DNA from: Macrostomum lignano
Taxonomy: Eukaryota
Assembly: GCA_002269645.1 (NCBI GenBank)
Contig: NIVC01001629.1
Span: 124,001-188,000 of the forward strand
Direction of reading: 5' to 3'
DNA: 64,000 nucleotides
Shown: piece by piece, positions 1 through 13,704 of the stretch
How positions within the stretch are numbered: the stretch's first letter is position 1
How the letters are laid out: the number at the start of each line of letters is the position of its first letter
Made by a program: the position numbers and the translations under genes
The notes under the pieces: model-generated
Databases searched by the model: none
What the model saw: only the letters and a program-made list of their open reading frames with translations
What the model was told of the DNA's origin: nothing

Positions 1-3000
1 CTTGATAATTCCCTGCTGGCACTAAAAATCCTTGGGTATTTTACATGCTGCAACTAGAAGTAAGTGTCAAAGAACTAAAACCAAATACTAAATAAGGGTA
101 TCAGTTTACTTAAATTTATTTTCTATAAGTTGCTAGGCCAGTAGGCCCTAGGCCTATTCAACTGTCTTTCAGCTAGTTTAAAGTTCAAATGAAATATTAC
201 TTTATATAAAAACGAAAAATACTACTAGACAAGCTTGTAATCCTAAAGTCGAAATCTTACAGTTATTAAAATAATTATACACTAAAGTTAATACTAAAAT
301 AAGATTGCTACGCGTACGCCTGTTTTGAGCCTAAATGAAAGACCCCATTGACGCAGCGCTCTACACGCTAACTTGAATTTTAAATTAGCGCGAATTTGCC
401 GTACGAATAGTAGCCAAATTATTCATACGGTACCGTACGAATAGTCACTTCCGTTTTAAAGTCTACCTAAAAATTTTCTATTTATTGTACAAGTACTTAG
501 GCGATAACTTATGCATTACATTTTAAGTAGGCTGTAAATCTCTTTGAACATTCAATCTTTGTAGTCCGTGGATATATTATTCAAAATTTGTTTTTTCGCA
601 TTCTCACTAACGAGGGCGTATAGTAATTTACTCCAATTTTATAATCTGTGGCGTGGCTTCCATGAGTATGGCACATCGTTAAATGTTTGTGGCACAACCG
701 TGTAATGTGCCAAATAATTTTCTTTTCAAAATGGCACAACTTTCTGACATTGTTCCATGTCACTAGAACTCAGCAATAACTTCAGCAATAGGTTTCCAGT
801 GTTTTTGTACTTTTAATCGATTTTATCCACAAAAAACGAACCGGCACAAAACTGAAACTGCGTGGCACAAACTCCCAATAGCAACATCTGTAAAGTGTAT
901 ATTATTTCTCGAGTGGCACAGTTGCTTTGTTTTTTTCTATTGCTGGAGCTATTGCTGAGGACCGCGGAGTTCATATTTAATGCATAATAATTGCCAGCAA
1001 TCCTTTCATCTGATTTTTTTGTCTGATTAATACATATAAACTTATTTTTATCACCTACGAATTCAAGTGACACCATACTTGTCTTTTAATCCCTTACTTA
1101 AATACTTTTTGCTTTGTTTGCCGTTAAAGATTTTTGAAGTTTCGTAGAAAAAAAAAATTGGCGCTCTTTCAAATACTATATTATTGTAAAACTCGCCGCA
1201 CAGATCCCATTCTATCGAAATAATATTAATATTAAATACACTGACATATACTGGCCAAACAGGCTTCTTGCCTGAGCCAAATTACTACTACTACTACTAC
1301 TACTACGCTGTGCAACTTAGTAGCTAGCTCGATCGTTCGATCTCGTTCGTTCGCTTTGCTCATACTATTCAGTCTATTCATACATTCTTTTATCGTAACT
1401 AGCTATAATTATTTGCTAAGCAGATTAACTTAAATTGCAAATTTGTATTACAAACAATTCAAAGCACTTATTCGCACTAATACTAGAAAAAAACTTTCTT
1501 TGAATTCACTATTCATCTTTTGTGCCTGTGATTGTTAACTACTAACTAGGCCTACTACTATCCTACTACTAAGCTTAATTCTAAGTAAAATAAGCAGGTA
1601 AGGACGAGCCTGTACAATATGTGGTAGGCAGGGGTACTATCACTATATGACAGATTGACAGGGTCAGTATCACAAAAATTACTCTAAATAATTTTAGCAG
1701 TTGTTATTGTTCCAGTGACCATAGGCCTATAAATAACAAAATGGTTATTTTTATGGTTAACACATAAGACACTATCTGGGCCTAGGGTTTTAACTTAATT
1801 CTAGTATTTTTCTCCTTTATCTCCATTATACTACTAAAAGATAATAAATAGACTTTACATTAATACATTATTATTATCTATTATATATTTAGAGCTGCGG
1901 CCATCTTAGTATGTGGCTATCTCTGTCATGTGCTATTTGTTAAACTCATTGTATGTGCATTTTTTAGCTTTTTTAACTTTCCAAAAATGAAAATTAGCAT
2001 TATGCCAACATTTTAAAAGTGTTTTTGCATTACAAATTATTAGTTTAAATTATAGGGCTAGGCAAACCTCTTGAGTAGGCCTAGCACAATTCATATTAGG
2101 GCTAGACTTTGTCTACCAGCCATTTTTTAATGGAAAGCACTTTATTCACATTATTAGCATCTTAGCAGCAAAATATTTCTTATACCCCAAGCCTCTCTCC
2201 TTTAAGCCCTAGAGTTTGTAAGTAATCTTGGCCTTGGCCCATAGTCCGGAAGGTGGCTTTTATGCTGGAATTTTCTGGCATAATTTTGCACTCGCTAACA
2301 ATCTTGGCGTACATTTGGTGTATAAAATATGCAGGTTCAACATGAAGTCTAAACAACTGGCATACAAGAAATAGAAAAGTTCAGGGCTGATGCAATTGTG
2401 TAGTTAAATATCAATCAACTAAAGCTCTTATTGAGCTTTAAATAATTAAATTAAATTAAATATCTTATTTCTTTATACATTTGTGTTCATGTTTTTATTT
2501 AAGTAAATCAAATAAAAAAGTTAAAATTTAATTTTAAAAAAAATATACATTCACAATCTAAATCATAACCAAAGGAAAAATTGTCCTCATGATAATTATC
2601 ACATCCAACCTGTAGTTAAAATATGTAGCTCTTTAAACTAATTAGAAACTGAAACAGAAAATATTGATGTTATTTATGAGTCAAGCATTAGTAAAACAGA
2701 GAATATCACTTTTTAGCAAAAAACCTGAAATATAAACAACTTTTAACTTGTACAAATGTTTTTTGAATTTTTAAATCTGTTTAAAATAATTAATATGATC
2801 ATTCAATTATTCTGGTATGTGCCTGTCATGATCCAAGCTATGGTAGATATAGTGCTGATTTTTGTATACTCAATATTTAAGAAATAAACTTATTTGAAAC
2901 AAAAAATGTGATTATCAACAAAGCAAAATGTAATTTTTAGGTTTCAAATTTCAGAAGTCCATAAAATTAGCTTAAAACAAAAGTTAAGCTTCTAGTAAAA

Positions 3001-3804
3001 TTATTCCTTATTTTCTGGTTAAGGTAAAAAGTTTGAATAGAAAATTCAAAGGTTTTTTCACTGTGCAAAATAACTTGATCATTTATATGTTGATGTGTAT
3101 TTATGGTGGCAAATATACTAGATATATACTATAAATATGTAATCTTTAGATATTCTTTTTGGGTTTATCTAAACTCTACATAGGTTTAACCTAAAACTTG
3201 TAGCCAAATAAGCTCATAATAAATGACAATATTATATTTATTGGCATTGCAATTTATAAAATAATTTTTGTTTTATTTGCTACCATTTAATCTGCAACAA
3301 TTGTTTACTTTCTAGGAGTATAAGCAAAAAGTGATAGTAGCAAAAAAGCAAAATGACTTAAATTGAAATGTTTAAGATTTCTAGAGCATTTAGATATAAG
3401 AATGGAGAGTTACAGATGATGTGTGGCATGATTATTAATGAAAAATAGAAGCAAGGCACTAGAAGGTCTGTGTGCACTGTGATCAGTTATGTGAAGGACT
3501 TGTAGTTGCTGATAGACATACACTTAAATAATGTGATTTAGTTGTATGAGTCAATACTCTGAGTGCAAACAAGCCAACCTGTGAGTTTAAGGCTGAAATA
3601 AAAATCTATCAAGTTCCCCTTTCTAACTTCCATGTGTCATTATATGCATTCATGTTATGAGCATTGCTATGCTCCTAGCAATGCTTTAGTGTCTCATTGT
3701 TTCATCAAATGCAATAATTCAAGTCTTTTCAATAACAATTTTACAATACTTTTATACTACTAAAATTCATACCTTTTTGCAAATTATCGGTCCATTCTAT
3801 TCAT

Positions 3805-4135
3805 ATCTAGGCTAGCTTTAATCAAATTTATAAATGGATTAGAAGCACTTTTAATTTAACACTTATACCAAGTCAGTTAGATTAAAAGTCACATGAAGCA
3901 GTGTTTTAATTTGGTAACAATCCCTTTATATATGCTATTGAAAAATAGTACATTTTTAACAACAGAAAACAATAAGTCAAAAAATGGGGACCAAGGTAAA
4001 AGATACTTTAAAACAAAAACTTCAATGAATTCTACATAGAAAAATTGATATTAGTAATATTGCATTAGTAATATATATCAAAAGGCATTTGTAAATAAAA
4101 AAAGGTTGTATCTTTAAAGTAAATACATAAAATGT
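3805..4135. repeat. Diverged direct repeat, copy 1 (about 330 bp; copy 2 at about 5218-5565)
   Basis: atctaggctagctt...aagtcagttaga...ggggaccaa...atatctttaaagtaaat occurs colinearly at 3805-4135 and 5218-5565 with substitutions. Confidence 0.7.
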
Positions 4136-5217
4136 TCTGTTTTTTTGCTGATGCTAATTGTTGATTGCTGATGCTAATGTCTACTTAAGGCTTAAGCACT
4201 AGTCATCTTGGTGTCAATCAATTTCCCAGAATGAAGCCTTGATTGCTAGAATTGGCAAAAGCAATCTTAGATTTCTATATTACCTGGGTCATTTGCTTTA
4301 CATTGTTAAAATGATATGAGTTGTCAATTAGGGCTTGGCAATTGAAATTAGCTGGCTAAATCTGACTCAGCTTAGTGTTTTCACATCCAGCAAATTCAGC
4401 TTCAAATTTCTGGTTGCCATCTTTGATGGCTTTATAGACAACATTAACTGCTTGGTTCAAATCAGATTTAATTAACTTTGAGATGTTTACAAAAGTTTAG
4501 CACTTTGGCTTATTGCTGTTATTCAGTATTACAATCTGGCAGAAAGTCTAGCCAGTTGCTTTTAAATTTTTAACTAACCATTTAATTGGTTTAGGTTGCA
4601 TCTTGCCTTTTATTCTCAGTGTCCTGCTTTGCCAACAGAGCTGTACTCAGCTATCAAGCTAGGAGTCCAGCCTAAAGAGAAAGAGAAACTATGTATTAGC
4701 TTTGCTATTTTCAATATTAATTGGTTAATAAAAGTGTACTTTTATTCTTAGCATACCTTCTGTAACCTTGCAATAGGTTCATTTAATAAAATTAATTATA
4801 AGTGTCATAATACTATAAATTAGGTTATCTCACTTTGGCCCTCAAAGCATCTCCGCGTGGTCTTAAGGTCTTTTGAAACTATAATTTCAATATAATAATT
4901 GCTCAATGTTTGTCTTTCCTCAGATCTCTTTCTCTCTTTCTTTCTCTCCTCTTCTGTCCCCTATCTCCTCTTTTCCCCTTTTCTTTTCTCCTTTCTGCCC
5001 TCAAAATAATATTTTATTTATCTAGTAAAATTATCCTTTATACATTAAATGCAATAATCATTGTCTCATCCAGTGTAGTAATCATTGGTTTATCAAGCTC
5101 AGTAATCCTTTGTTTCTCAAATGCAATAATCAAGGTTTTTTAATAAAAAAATTATACCAATTTTATACTATTGAGATTCAAACCCAGGTTGCTGAATTTG
5201 CAGTCCAGTTTGTTTAC

Positions 5218-5565
5218 ATCTAGGCTAGCTTAAACAAATTTATAGTACTTATAATTCAACATTCATACTAAGTCAGTTAGAATAAATGTCACACAAAGCA
5301 ATGTTCTATTGCTTTTCTATGTTGCTATTGTTGCTATTCAAGTACATTAGTACATTATTCAAGCAACAAAAAACAATAAGTCAAAAACTGGGGACCAAAG
5401 TAAATTACACTTGTAACTAAATCTAATAAAAACTCTGCATTGAAAAATTGATGTTTGCAGTAAGGCATTAGTAATATCTATCAAAAGTCATTTGTGAAAA
5501 GAATTTTTTGCAAATATAAAATTTTATGAAAGATAATATCTTTAAAGTAAATGCATAAAAATGCA
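5218..5565. repeat. Diverged direct repeat, copy 2
   Basis: Colinear similarity to 3805-4135. Confidence 0.7.
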
Positions 5566-5750
5566 TTAAGATTCATTAAGATATAGAAGGACACACAGTC
5601 ACATCTAAAATCCAAGTTCATAATACAATTTGGAAAGCCAAGGTTTTGTATGGCATCTTTATTGCTAAATTAGCCTAGATTTCTTTTTGCTAATACTAGG
5701 ATGCAAAATTTTATCCAAGGTTTGTTTAATTTGAAGAGCTAATCCAAGGT

Positions 5751-5970
5751 TTGCTGTTGCCGCTGTTGCGGCTGCTGCTGCTGCGGCTGCTGCTGCTGCG
5801 GCTGTTGCTGCTGTTGCTGCTGCTGCTGCTATTGTGGCCGCTGCAGCTGCTGCTGCTGTTGCTGCTGCTATTGCGGCTGTTGCTGCTGTTGCTGCTATTG
5901 CTGCTGCTGCTGCTGCTGCGGCTGTTGCTACTGCTGTTGCGGCTGCTGCAGCTACTGCTGCTGTTGCGGC
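5751..5970. repeat. Degenerate (CTG/CAG)n trinucleotide tract
   Basis: ctg/ttg/cgg triplet run; explains the poly-Leu and poly-Ser ORFs in the track. Confidence 0.9.
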
Positions 5971-6420
5971 TTTTTTTCTTCTGTTTTTTCTGCTTTAGCA
6001 GTTTTTCATGCTCTTTCTGCTTTTTGCTTTCTAGCGCTGTCGGCCAGTCTTTTTCGAAATCAATTGACTTAAGTCTAGAAAACAAGACTGGAGCCTTTCA
6101 AGGGCTCAAATTTAGCTCAACAGAATTTCTGCCCTTAGGCATCTGAAATACATGATATATAGGGTACTGTCCCTATATATTAGGAAGTGTCCTGGACAAA
6201 TTTAGCATTCTTCTTCACATGAAGAGAATCTATGCAGAATAACAAATTTCATGACTCATATTTAATAAAATAAAGCAAAAAAAGCTTAAAATAAAGCAGT
6301 TTACTGATAGTTTGTTAGGAATAAACAAATTTAATGCTTGTTCCTACAATTTGTACGACAGAAACTAAAGTGTCTGTAGAAGTGTCTGAATAAGTGTCGG
6401 CAAATGTTTAATACGTATTG

Positions 6421-7495
6421 CTTCCCCTAGCTACCCCCTGCTACTCAATGCTCTCCCTAGCTATTCCCCGCTGTCCCTAGCTACCCCTTGCTCTCCCTAG
6501 CTACACCCTGCTCTCCTTAGCTACCCTTGCTCTTCCTAGCTATCCCTGCTCTCCCTAACTATCCAATGCTCTCCCTAAATACTCCCCGCTGTCCCTAGCT
6601 ACCCCCTGCTCTCCTTAGCTACCCTTGCTCTCCTTTGCTACCCCCTGCTCTCCCTAGCTACACCCTGCTATCCTTAGCTAGCCCCTGTTCTCCCTAGCTA
6701 CCCATTGCTCTCCTTAGCTACCCATTGCTCCCCCTAGCTACCCCCACTCTCCCTAGCTACCCAATGCTCTCCCTAGCTATTCCCCACTCTCCCTAGGTAC
6801 TCCCTGCTCTCCCAATCTACCTCTGCTCATCCTAGCTATCCCTTGCTCATCCTAGCTACCCCCTGCTCTCCCTAGCTACACATTGCTCTCCTTAGCTACC
6901 CATTGCTCTCCTTAGCTACCCATTGCTCCCCCTAGCTACCCCCGCTCTCCTTAGCTACGCATTGCTCTCCTTAGCTACCCATTGCTCTCTTTAGCTACCC
7001 ATTGCTCTCTTTAGCTACCCATTGCTCTCTTTAGCTATGCATTGCTTTCCTTAGCTACCCATTGCTCCCCTTAGCTACCCATTGCTCCCCCTAGCTACCC
7101 CTGCTCATCCTAGTTACCCCTTGCTCTCCTTAGATACCCATTGCTCTCCTTAGCTACCCATTGCTCCCCCTAGCTACCCCCACTCTCCTTAGCTACGCAT
7201 TGCTCTCCTTAGCTACCCATTGCTCTCTTTAGCTACCCATTGCTCTCTTTAGCTACCCATTGCTCTCTTTAGCTACCCATTGCTCTCTTTAGCTACCCAT
7301 TGCTCTCTTTAGCTACGCATTGCTTTCCTTAGCTACCCATTGCTCTCCTTAGCTACCCATTGCTCCCCCTAGCTACCCCTGCTCTCCCTAGCTACCCCTT
7401 GCTCTCCATAGCTACCCCCCGCTTTCCCTACTTACCCAATGCTCTCCTTAGCTACTCCCCGCTCTCCCTAGCTACCCCCTGCTCTCCCTAGCACT
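6421..7495. repeat. Minisatellite, about 20-bp unit (ctagctacccattgctctcc)
   Basis: About 50 variant tandem copies. Confidence 0.95.
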
Positions 7496-9309
7496 AGCAA
7501 GATACAAGCCTCATTGGGCTGCAGAATGAGGTAAATGATTGAATCAGGTCCTTGCTGCTGCATGCGACATTCACTCTTCAATCACTTTCTAAGCCTTCTT
7601 CATCTTCTATGTCTCCTAGGCTCGACAACGTTGAAGACTGATCTTCTCTTGCTAGGTCGATATATTCATCAGACGTATTGGCAGCGTGAAGGGTACGCTA
7701 TACCGTCTCCACCTTGCAAAAAAGCTCTATGAAAAGTGTTCTGAACTGAGCATCAAGGCCTTGAGCATCACAAAACTGTGACTCAAATCATGTTGCAAAT
7801 CATGTACCTTTTGGCGTAGCATGATGCCTTCCTTCTTGAGGCAGTCAAAACGAGTGCTAGCTTCGATGACCCATTTGCGCAACAAGCAATCTAGTCTGCT
7901 CTGGCTCTGACCACAGGAAATGAAGACTTCGCCTTCAGGATCCAAGAAGTCTTTCATCAGTGCCCGCTGTGTAGGTGGAAGACTACCAATAGATCTTTGA
8001 ATCTTAACTCTCAGCTTCTCTAGGCAACAAACTATCAGCTGGCAGTCTCGTTGGCCATAGGCAGGATGCATTTTGCGAAGTAGAAACTGAGATTCAGTCG
8101 CGTAGGATTGCAGGCGCTCTAGAGCAGAAGCAGGCCTATTAGAAGCTAGGCAATCTTCCGATAAAAATTGCTTACCCAGTTCAATCAGAATGGCGGCGTT
8201 GGATGCTGCAATGAAAATATAAGAAATAAAATAATGGGCTCTGCATATTTCTCTAGTAGCGTGAGCAGCAAACGACAATGAAATGAGAATTTTGTGCTAG
8301 CAGCAGACAAATAGACAAGAAAATTAAACATGTTTGAACCTGTAAACACTAAAAAACAGAGCGAGGTGCACAAAGAAAAATTTTTACTGTCTCACCTTAA
8401 GGCATAGAAACTAACAGCTCTTTTAATTCTGTGTTTAGTGCGTTGGAATGCTTCTTGTCCAGGCGGAGCCAACAATTTAGCTAGTCTGCTGCAGGAAGAA
8501 ATAAAAAAGTATGACTGCTGTAAGTGCATGAAACAAAATGCTACTATGGTTGAATGGTTTGTTTTAGTTGTATTGTTGATTTCTGGCTAATATTTGAGCT
8601 TTGAAGCGATAGTCCCAATTGACACTTTATAATTTTTTATCCCTAAAATTGGACTTTGGTTCTTTACTTCTTAGTCACTGAAGTACTGCAACTTTATATA
8701 TTGATGAGAGAAGGTGTTTAACACTACCTGTATTTAAAAGCTGTGTTGCATTTAAATGCCTGATATTATAGGCCAAAAAGAAAGTCGCTGGTCCAAGCAC
8801 ATCTCCTTAAATTGTAGGCCATATGGCCAAAGCAAGGCGTTAATGCACTCGCAGTGTTCGCTATCGGTCAGACTGCAGCCTTCGACAACTCAAACAGAGT
8901 GATGCAGCTGGAAAGGTTCATGAACAAAGATGACTTGGTTTAGAAAATACTTTTGCACATGCAAGAGCCCGCTGAAGTCTCTGCAAACAACCGCTCAAGA
9001 TATGCATGTATATATAATAGGCCTCCAGTTTTTATAACAATTTCTTAGAAAAAGTTGCATTTCAAAAACGTACTATTGTTGTTATACTATGCAAATATTA
9101 AAAAATATGCAAAATATTCTGAATATTCTATGTATTAATACTTTGTTTTAAAGAAGAGTCAGCTGTGAGCCAAAATAAATAATCCTTGTGAACCTTTTCT
9201 TGTTTGTTGGTCTTGTACCATTGTTTTGAACATTGATCAAGCTTCAAATCAGCCTTGGGCTTGTGATCACTGGTGTTACTTATTTTGAGTAGTAGATAGT
9301 GACATAGGA

Positions 9310-10330
9310 GTTGCCCCAAGATTGGGAGTTCAGTCTATTCTCAGAGAACGAGAAATTCTAGACTTAGGAGTCTAGTAACCCACCTTTAGAAGGCAGAATT
9401 CCTACCACAGGGTAGAGAAATCCAGGCTTAGAGTCCGAGAAACCTGCCTCAGGGCAGAATACCCAGCAAGTAAGCTGTGACCCTCTGATCCCGGGAACGC
9501 CCAGGACTGAGAATAATATCTTTAGAGGAGTATAGGGATAGGATAGATGGTGCCTAAAAGACCGCTCAGGCCAGAAAGTACAATAGAAGTACAGACGCTA
9601 CCAATAAAAGTACATATGTTACCAATAAAAGTACATACACTACCAATAGAAGTGAAGCAGAATCCTTATAAACTATGTATATTACTTATAACAGTAGTTA
9701 AACCCAAGTTTTAATCACAGCCAATCAGAAATTTTCTTACCCATTTGTTTAAATTCCCCAAACAAATCAAATTCTTTTGTTATAATTTTAGTAATTGTTA
9801 AAATGCATCCCACCTTCCCCAAATTTTCTGTATATAAGGAATCAGGTTGAAGCTAAAAAAATATAACTTCCTCGGCGATCGTTCTCAAAATTTGCCTTCA
9901 ACTATTCTTGCGAGAATCTTTTAGCGAAACAAATCTAAATTTGGCTAAGACTTATCTCGTTATTTCTTTCATTAGGTAGAGAAACCAGAGGTCGTGGAGA
10001 CCCAAAACCAGGACTCTAGATAGGGAAACCAGAGGTCGTGGAGACCCAAAACCAGGACTCTAGATAGAGAAACCAGAGGTCGTGGAGACCCAAAACCAGG
10101 ACTTTAGGTAGAGAAACCAGAGGTCGTGGAGACCCAAAACCAGGACTTTAGATAGGGATCTGATTAGAAACCAGAGGTCGTGGAGACCCAATAACAGAAA
10201 CCTAGATAGGGAGATCGAGATCGTACAGATCCTAAGAAAGCCGTACAGGCTAATAATAGGCATTAAGCATTAAGAGATTAGGTATTAGGGAAGTAGATTA
10301 GCTACCGCTGGACACCCTTGGTCCCCGGAA
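9310..10330 (+). mobile_element. LTR-like or non-autonomous repeat insertion inside the KDZ remnant; partial inverted copy at about 51280-51560
   Basis: agctgtgaccctctgatcccgggaacgcc(c)aggactg and agaccgctcaggcca...gacgctaccaata match the reverse complement of about 51300-51450. CCAATCAG (9721) and TATATAAG (about 9832) are followed by five 43-47-bp tandem repeats. No TSD identified. Confidence 0.5.
9977..10200. repeat. Tandem repeat, 43-47-bp unit (gagaaaccagaggtcgtggagacccaaaaccaggactctagata)
   Basis: Five copies visible. Confidence 0.9.
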
Positions 10331-12392
10331 GACGCTATACTTTTGGACTGAATTAAGGATTAGACAGTGTCTTACCGCTCGGGCACTACGCACTATCACA
10401 AAGTTTCTAGGAAAGAGTAATAGATTAGGCTGCTAAAATAGTAGGATGCTCGGTGCACTCTTAAACAATTAGAAGCGTGGCGATTCTTATGACTAATGCA
10501 GATAAGTTGCAAAAAACCTTGCTAATTCAACAAACAAATGCGGTCACTTTTTTATGGCATTTAAAAAATAGTGTCCCAAACTTTTCTCAATTCTGCCTGT
10601 ACAACTAAAAATAGACAAAAAATATAAAATAATGAATATATTTACGCTGTTTGGACATAGCATGCAATTCGTCGGCCACATAATCCAGAATTAACTGACA
10701 ATAGCGCTGCATAGTGCCATGACAATAAAATGTTTGATAGAGATTGTTAAAATTCTGAAAATAGCAGCATGTGAGTCATTAAACAAGTATTTAACCTTTG
10801 CTGTGACAATTTTTTCATTGATTCTAAGCCTAACAAGGCTTCATTTGAAAGTTTCAAGCCTCTATTTATATATTAAGGAAAAAGTAAAGTAATTGACAGT
10901 ATGTTCATTTAACGTACCATTAGCTGGACCCTTGAAAATGTCCCAGAGAGCAGAATCATCCAGAGAGCTTTCCATAACGACAATGTTGCTTCGCACATTA
11001 GACTGTTGATAAGTTCAAGCAATCTAATGTCCACGAAAGAGACAGGGTCCTGCTTGCTAATTGGGAAGTAGCCCTGCTTCAGGAGACTATCTGTCAAAGT
11101 AGCAAGTGGCCAAAACCGGATATTACTATTATTATTTAACAAACGCAAAGAGATTATTGGCTACAGACAAATACTAACTTAAATATTATTGTTAAATTGC
11201 TGGGCGAGGAGTTGGTCGGGTCGGGAGGTCGGGCTTACAATTAGGGGCCTCTCGTAGTGGGCTATAGCTAAGGAAGGCGGGCAATTCCACGGAGTTCGGG
11301 GCAAGGGCCACGAGAGTCTGGCTGGGAAAGGCGGGGCGCAGACTCTTAAAAAGGGCTCTCATGAACCACCGGGAGGAAATGGGTTACCCCGGGTGGGACA
11401 GGAGAGACACCGGGTGGGGAGAGAGGAGGGTACACCGGGTGGTGATGATCAAACACCAGGTGGACCCTAAGGAAAAGCACAGACAAACAAAAATTATACG
11501 GGAGGTGGGAAGGGAAATACCTTAAGGGAAACAGATTTCCACGCAGGGAAATGACGTCAGCAATGCGCAATTTACTGGTGAGCAAATCCACACGGCAGAA
11601 TTGAGTTACGTTTGGTGGGAGTAGTGGGAGGCCTTAGCCTACCACAATGAGTTTATTAAAGTAATATAAATATCAGAGTTTAATTGTGGCATCCCGCCTG
11701 CCACAGGTGTTATTTTATGCAGTTGCATTTTTCATTTTATATTGGCTTAACTTAGGCCTAACAAATAAAATTTTACTTATTATTATGATGTCTTATAAGA
11801 AATAAGCCAACTTTAAAATAGGAAAGCTATGTCATTGTCAATCAATTGTACTTTTGCTTATGTGAGCATTAAAGAAATTAATTTAGGGCCTGTGACTAAG
11901 TATCCAGACCTAGCCTTTAAGTAGATCTAGTACTTATTAAATTGTCTTATTGTCATTAGTTTTTCATTGCTGATCAAATTTGTATTGACTATTGTTTTTG
12001 GTATTTTAAATGTATAGGATAGGTCAAACTATAGTCTAAATTGCAACATACTTAACATTTATAATCTTGAAGTTTTTCTCTAATGCTTTGCAGGCAATCT
12101 TTTGGTTTCCTGTGTTAAATTATTTTATGTATAGAACTTTGACCCATCAGTTTTTATTGACACTAAAATGTATATAGCAGGGTGGGGTGGCTGCACACTG
12201 GACAACAAGCAGAATAGAGTAGCTGTCCAAGGGATGAGAAGTGATGAGTCATCATGCAGAATCATGCTATTTGCTTAGTTTGCATTGCAACTAAAATGAA
12301 CACATTTAAATTTAAAATAATTTATTGGCAATGCAGCAAACCAAAAGATTGCCACTTTGCATATTTGATATTTAAAATCTTAATATTATTAT

Positions 12393-13358
12393 TAGGGATG
12401 CCAAAAACTGTCAATATTGTAGAATTGATTAACTAGTTTAAAACCCAGTTTTTGGCCAAAACCAGTTTTAAAGCTGGTTTTCTAATTTTTGCTGTTAGAC
12501 CACTCAAAAAAGTCATTTAGCATGCTTACATCATAAAAATATGCTTGAAATTGATTTCATATCATTTTTTCTTTTTCTAGTATACTTGTCTATTACCAAA
12601 TGAAGAGTGCATTCAATTTATTATTCATTTTCAATTGAAATTTTGTTAGGGTTGGCAGTTTTCTTTGGTGCAAACAGATAAAGTAGAATAATAACTAGAA
12701 AAAATAACTCTGTGCATTAACACACTGTATTCTTTGCTTTCTCGACTGATCTCATTATCTCATTATCAATAGAAAGTAACTGCTTAAAAGCTATATAAAT
12801 GATATTATAATGTATTTGCTAAAATTTGCCTAAAGCTCAGAGTCAGATTTTTAAGTCCTACACTCCTACCAGTCCTACTCCTTAGGGCCTATACTAGTCT
12901 TATACAACTTATACATATAATATACCAAAAGTATCAAATCAAAATCCAACCACGTTATTCACAACAAGATCATGACAATGACAATAGGTAATAGTTGATA
13001 ATTAATTTGATATTAAAATAGATATATTGCATATTGCTTTGCTCATTTGATCAATATGATTATTAGATTTGGCCCTATTCATTTTCATAATACATATTTC
13101 ATCTACAAATCGTGATTTGTAATTCATAAATTACAGTTGAAAAGATACAAATTTTGCATGGAAATACAATAGGCCTAGTTTGTATTAATTACAACACGCG
13201 ATGTAACAATACAAAAATAAACCACAACATGACATCTTAGCTTGTTTATAAAATAAAAACACAAAAAATTGTTTAAAAAAGAATTTAGAAGTGCAAAAAC
13301 CAGACCAATTTAAAAATTGTTTTTTTGGTTAACTGGTTAACCAGAATTGGCATCCCTA
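12393..13358. mobile_element. Possible hAT-like non-autonomous element (TIR tagggatgccaa...ttggcatcccta)
   Basis: 12-bp perfect inverted termini 966 bp apart with aaccag/ctggtt-like subterminal motifs. Flanks do not form a TSD. Confidence 0.35.
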
Positions 13359-13704
13359 CTCGATATGCATTTGTTACTACTTTATTGTAGTATTATTTAA
13401 TTTTTTATTTCATGTCTTGTAGACTATAGGTACTTATATTTATTGTATTAATATAAATTTTTAATTTCTATCAAGTAAAGGAATGAGAAATATAGGAAGT
13501 TAATCTTTGACATAATGGCAAACCAATTTTATAGACTTTAAATGACAATTTATTGTATTCAAATGCAATAATATAAGTAAGTTTTTGATTAACAATAAAA
13601 TAAAACAATTAGCATCATAATATTGCTTTAAACAGTAAATAATTAAGCAATAAAAATTATTTTTCTGCAACAATATAACTTAACTAATTACAGGCCCAGC
13701 AGTC

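Larger units (their letters stand above)
7540..11090 (-). pseudogene. Decayed multi-exon KDZ (Kyakuja-Dileera-Zisupton)-like transposase
   Basis: Minus-strand segments bounded by splice sites. 11090-10918 encodes SLLKQGYFPISKQDPVSFVDIRLLELINSL (like the CxC-associated GYFP motif upstream of KDZ cores); 10754-10646 is phase-compatible. About 8915-8790 reads FQLHHSV*VVEGCSLTDSEHCECINALLWPYGLQFKEM (like the KDZ C-Q..s.r...G.GlTDGE.cEr motif). 8200-7730 includes TRFDCLKKEGIMLRQKV (like the post-catalytic R..EE..L..E helix), then an acidic tail. Stops and frameshifts present. Family assignment is from remembered motifs. Confidence 0.6.
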
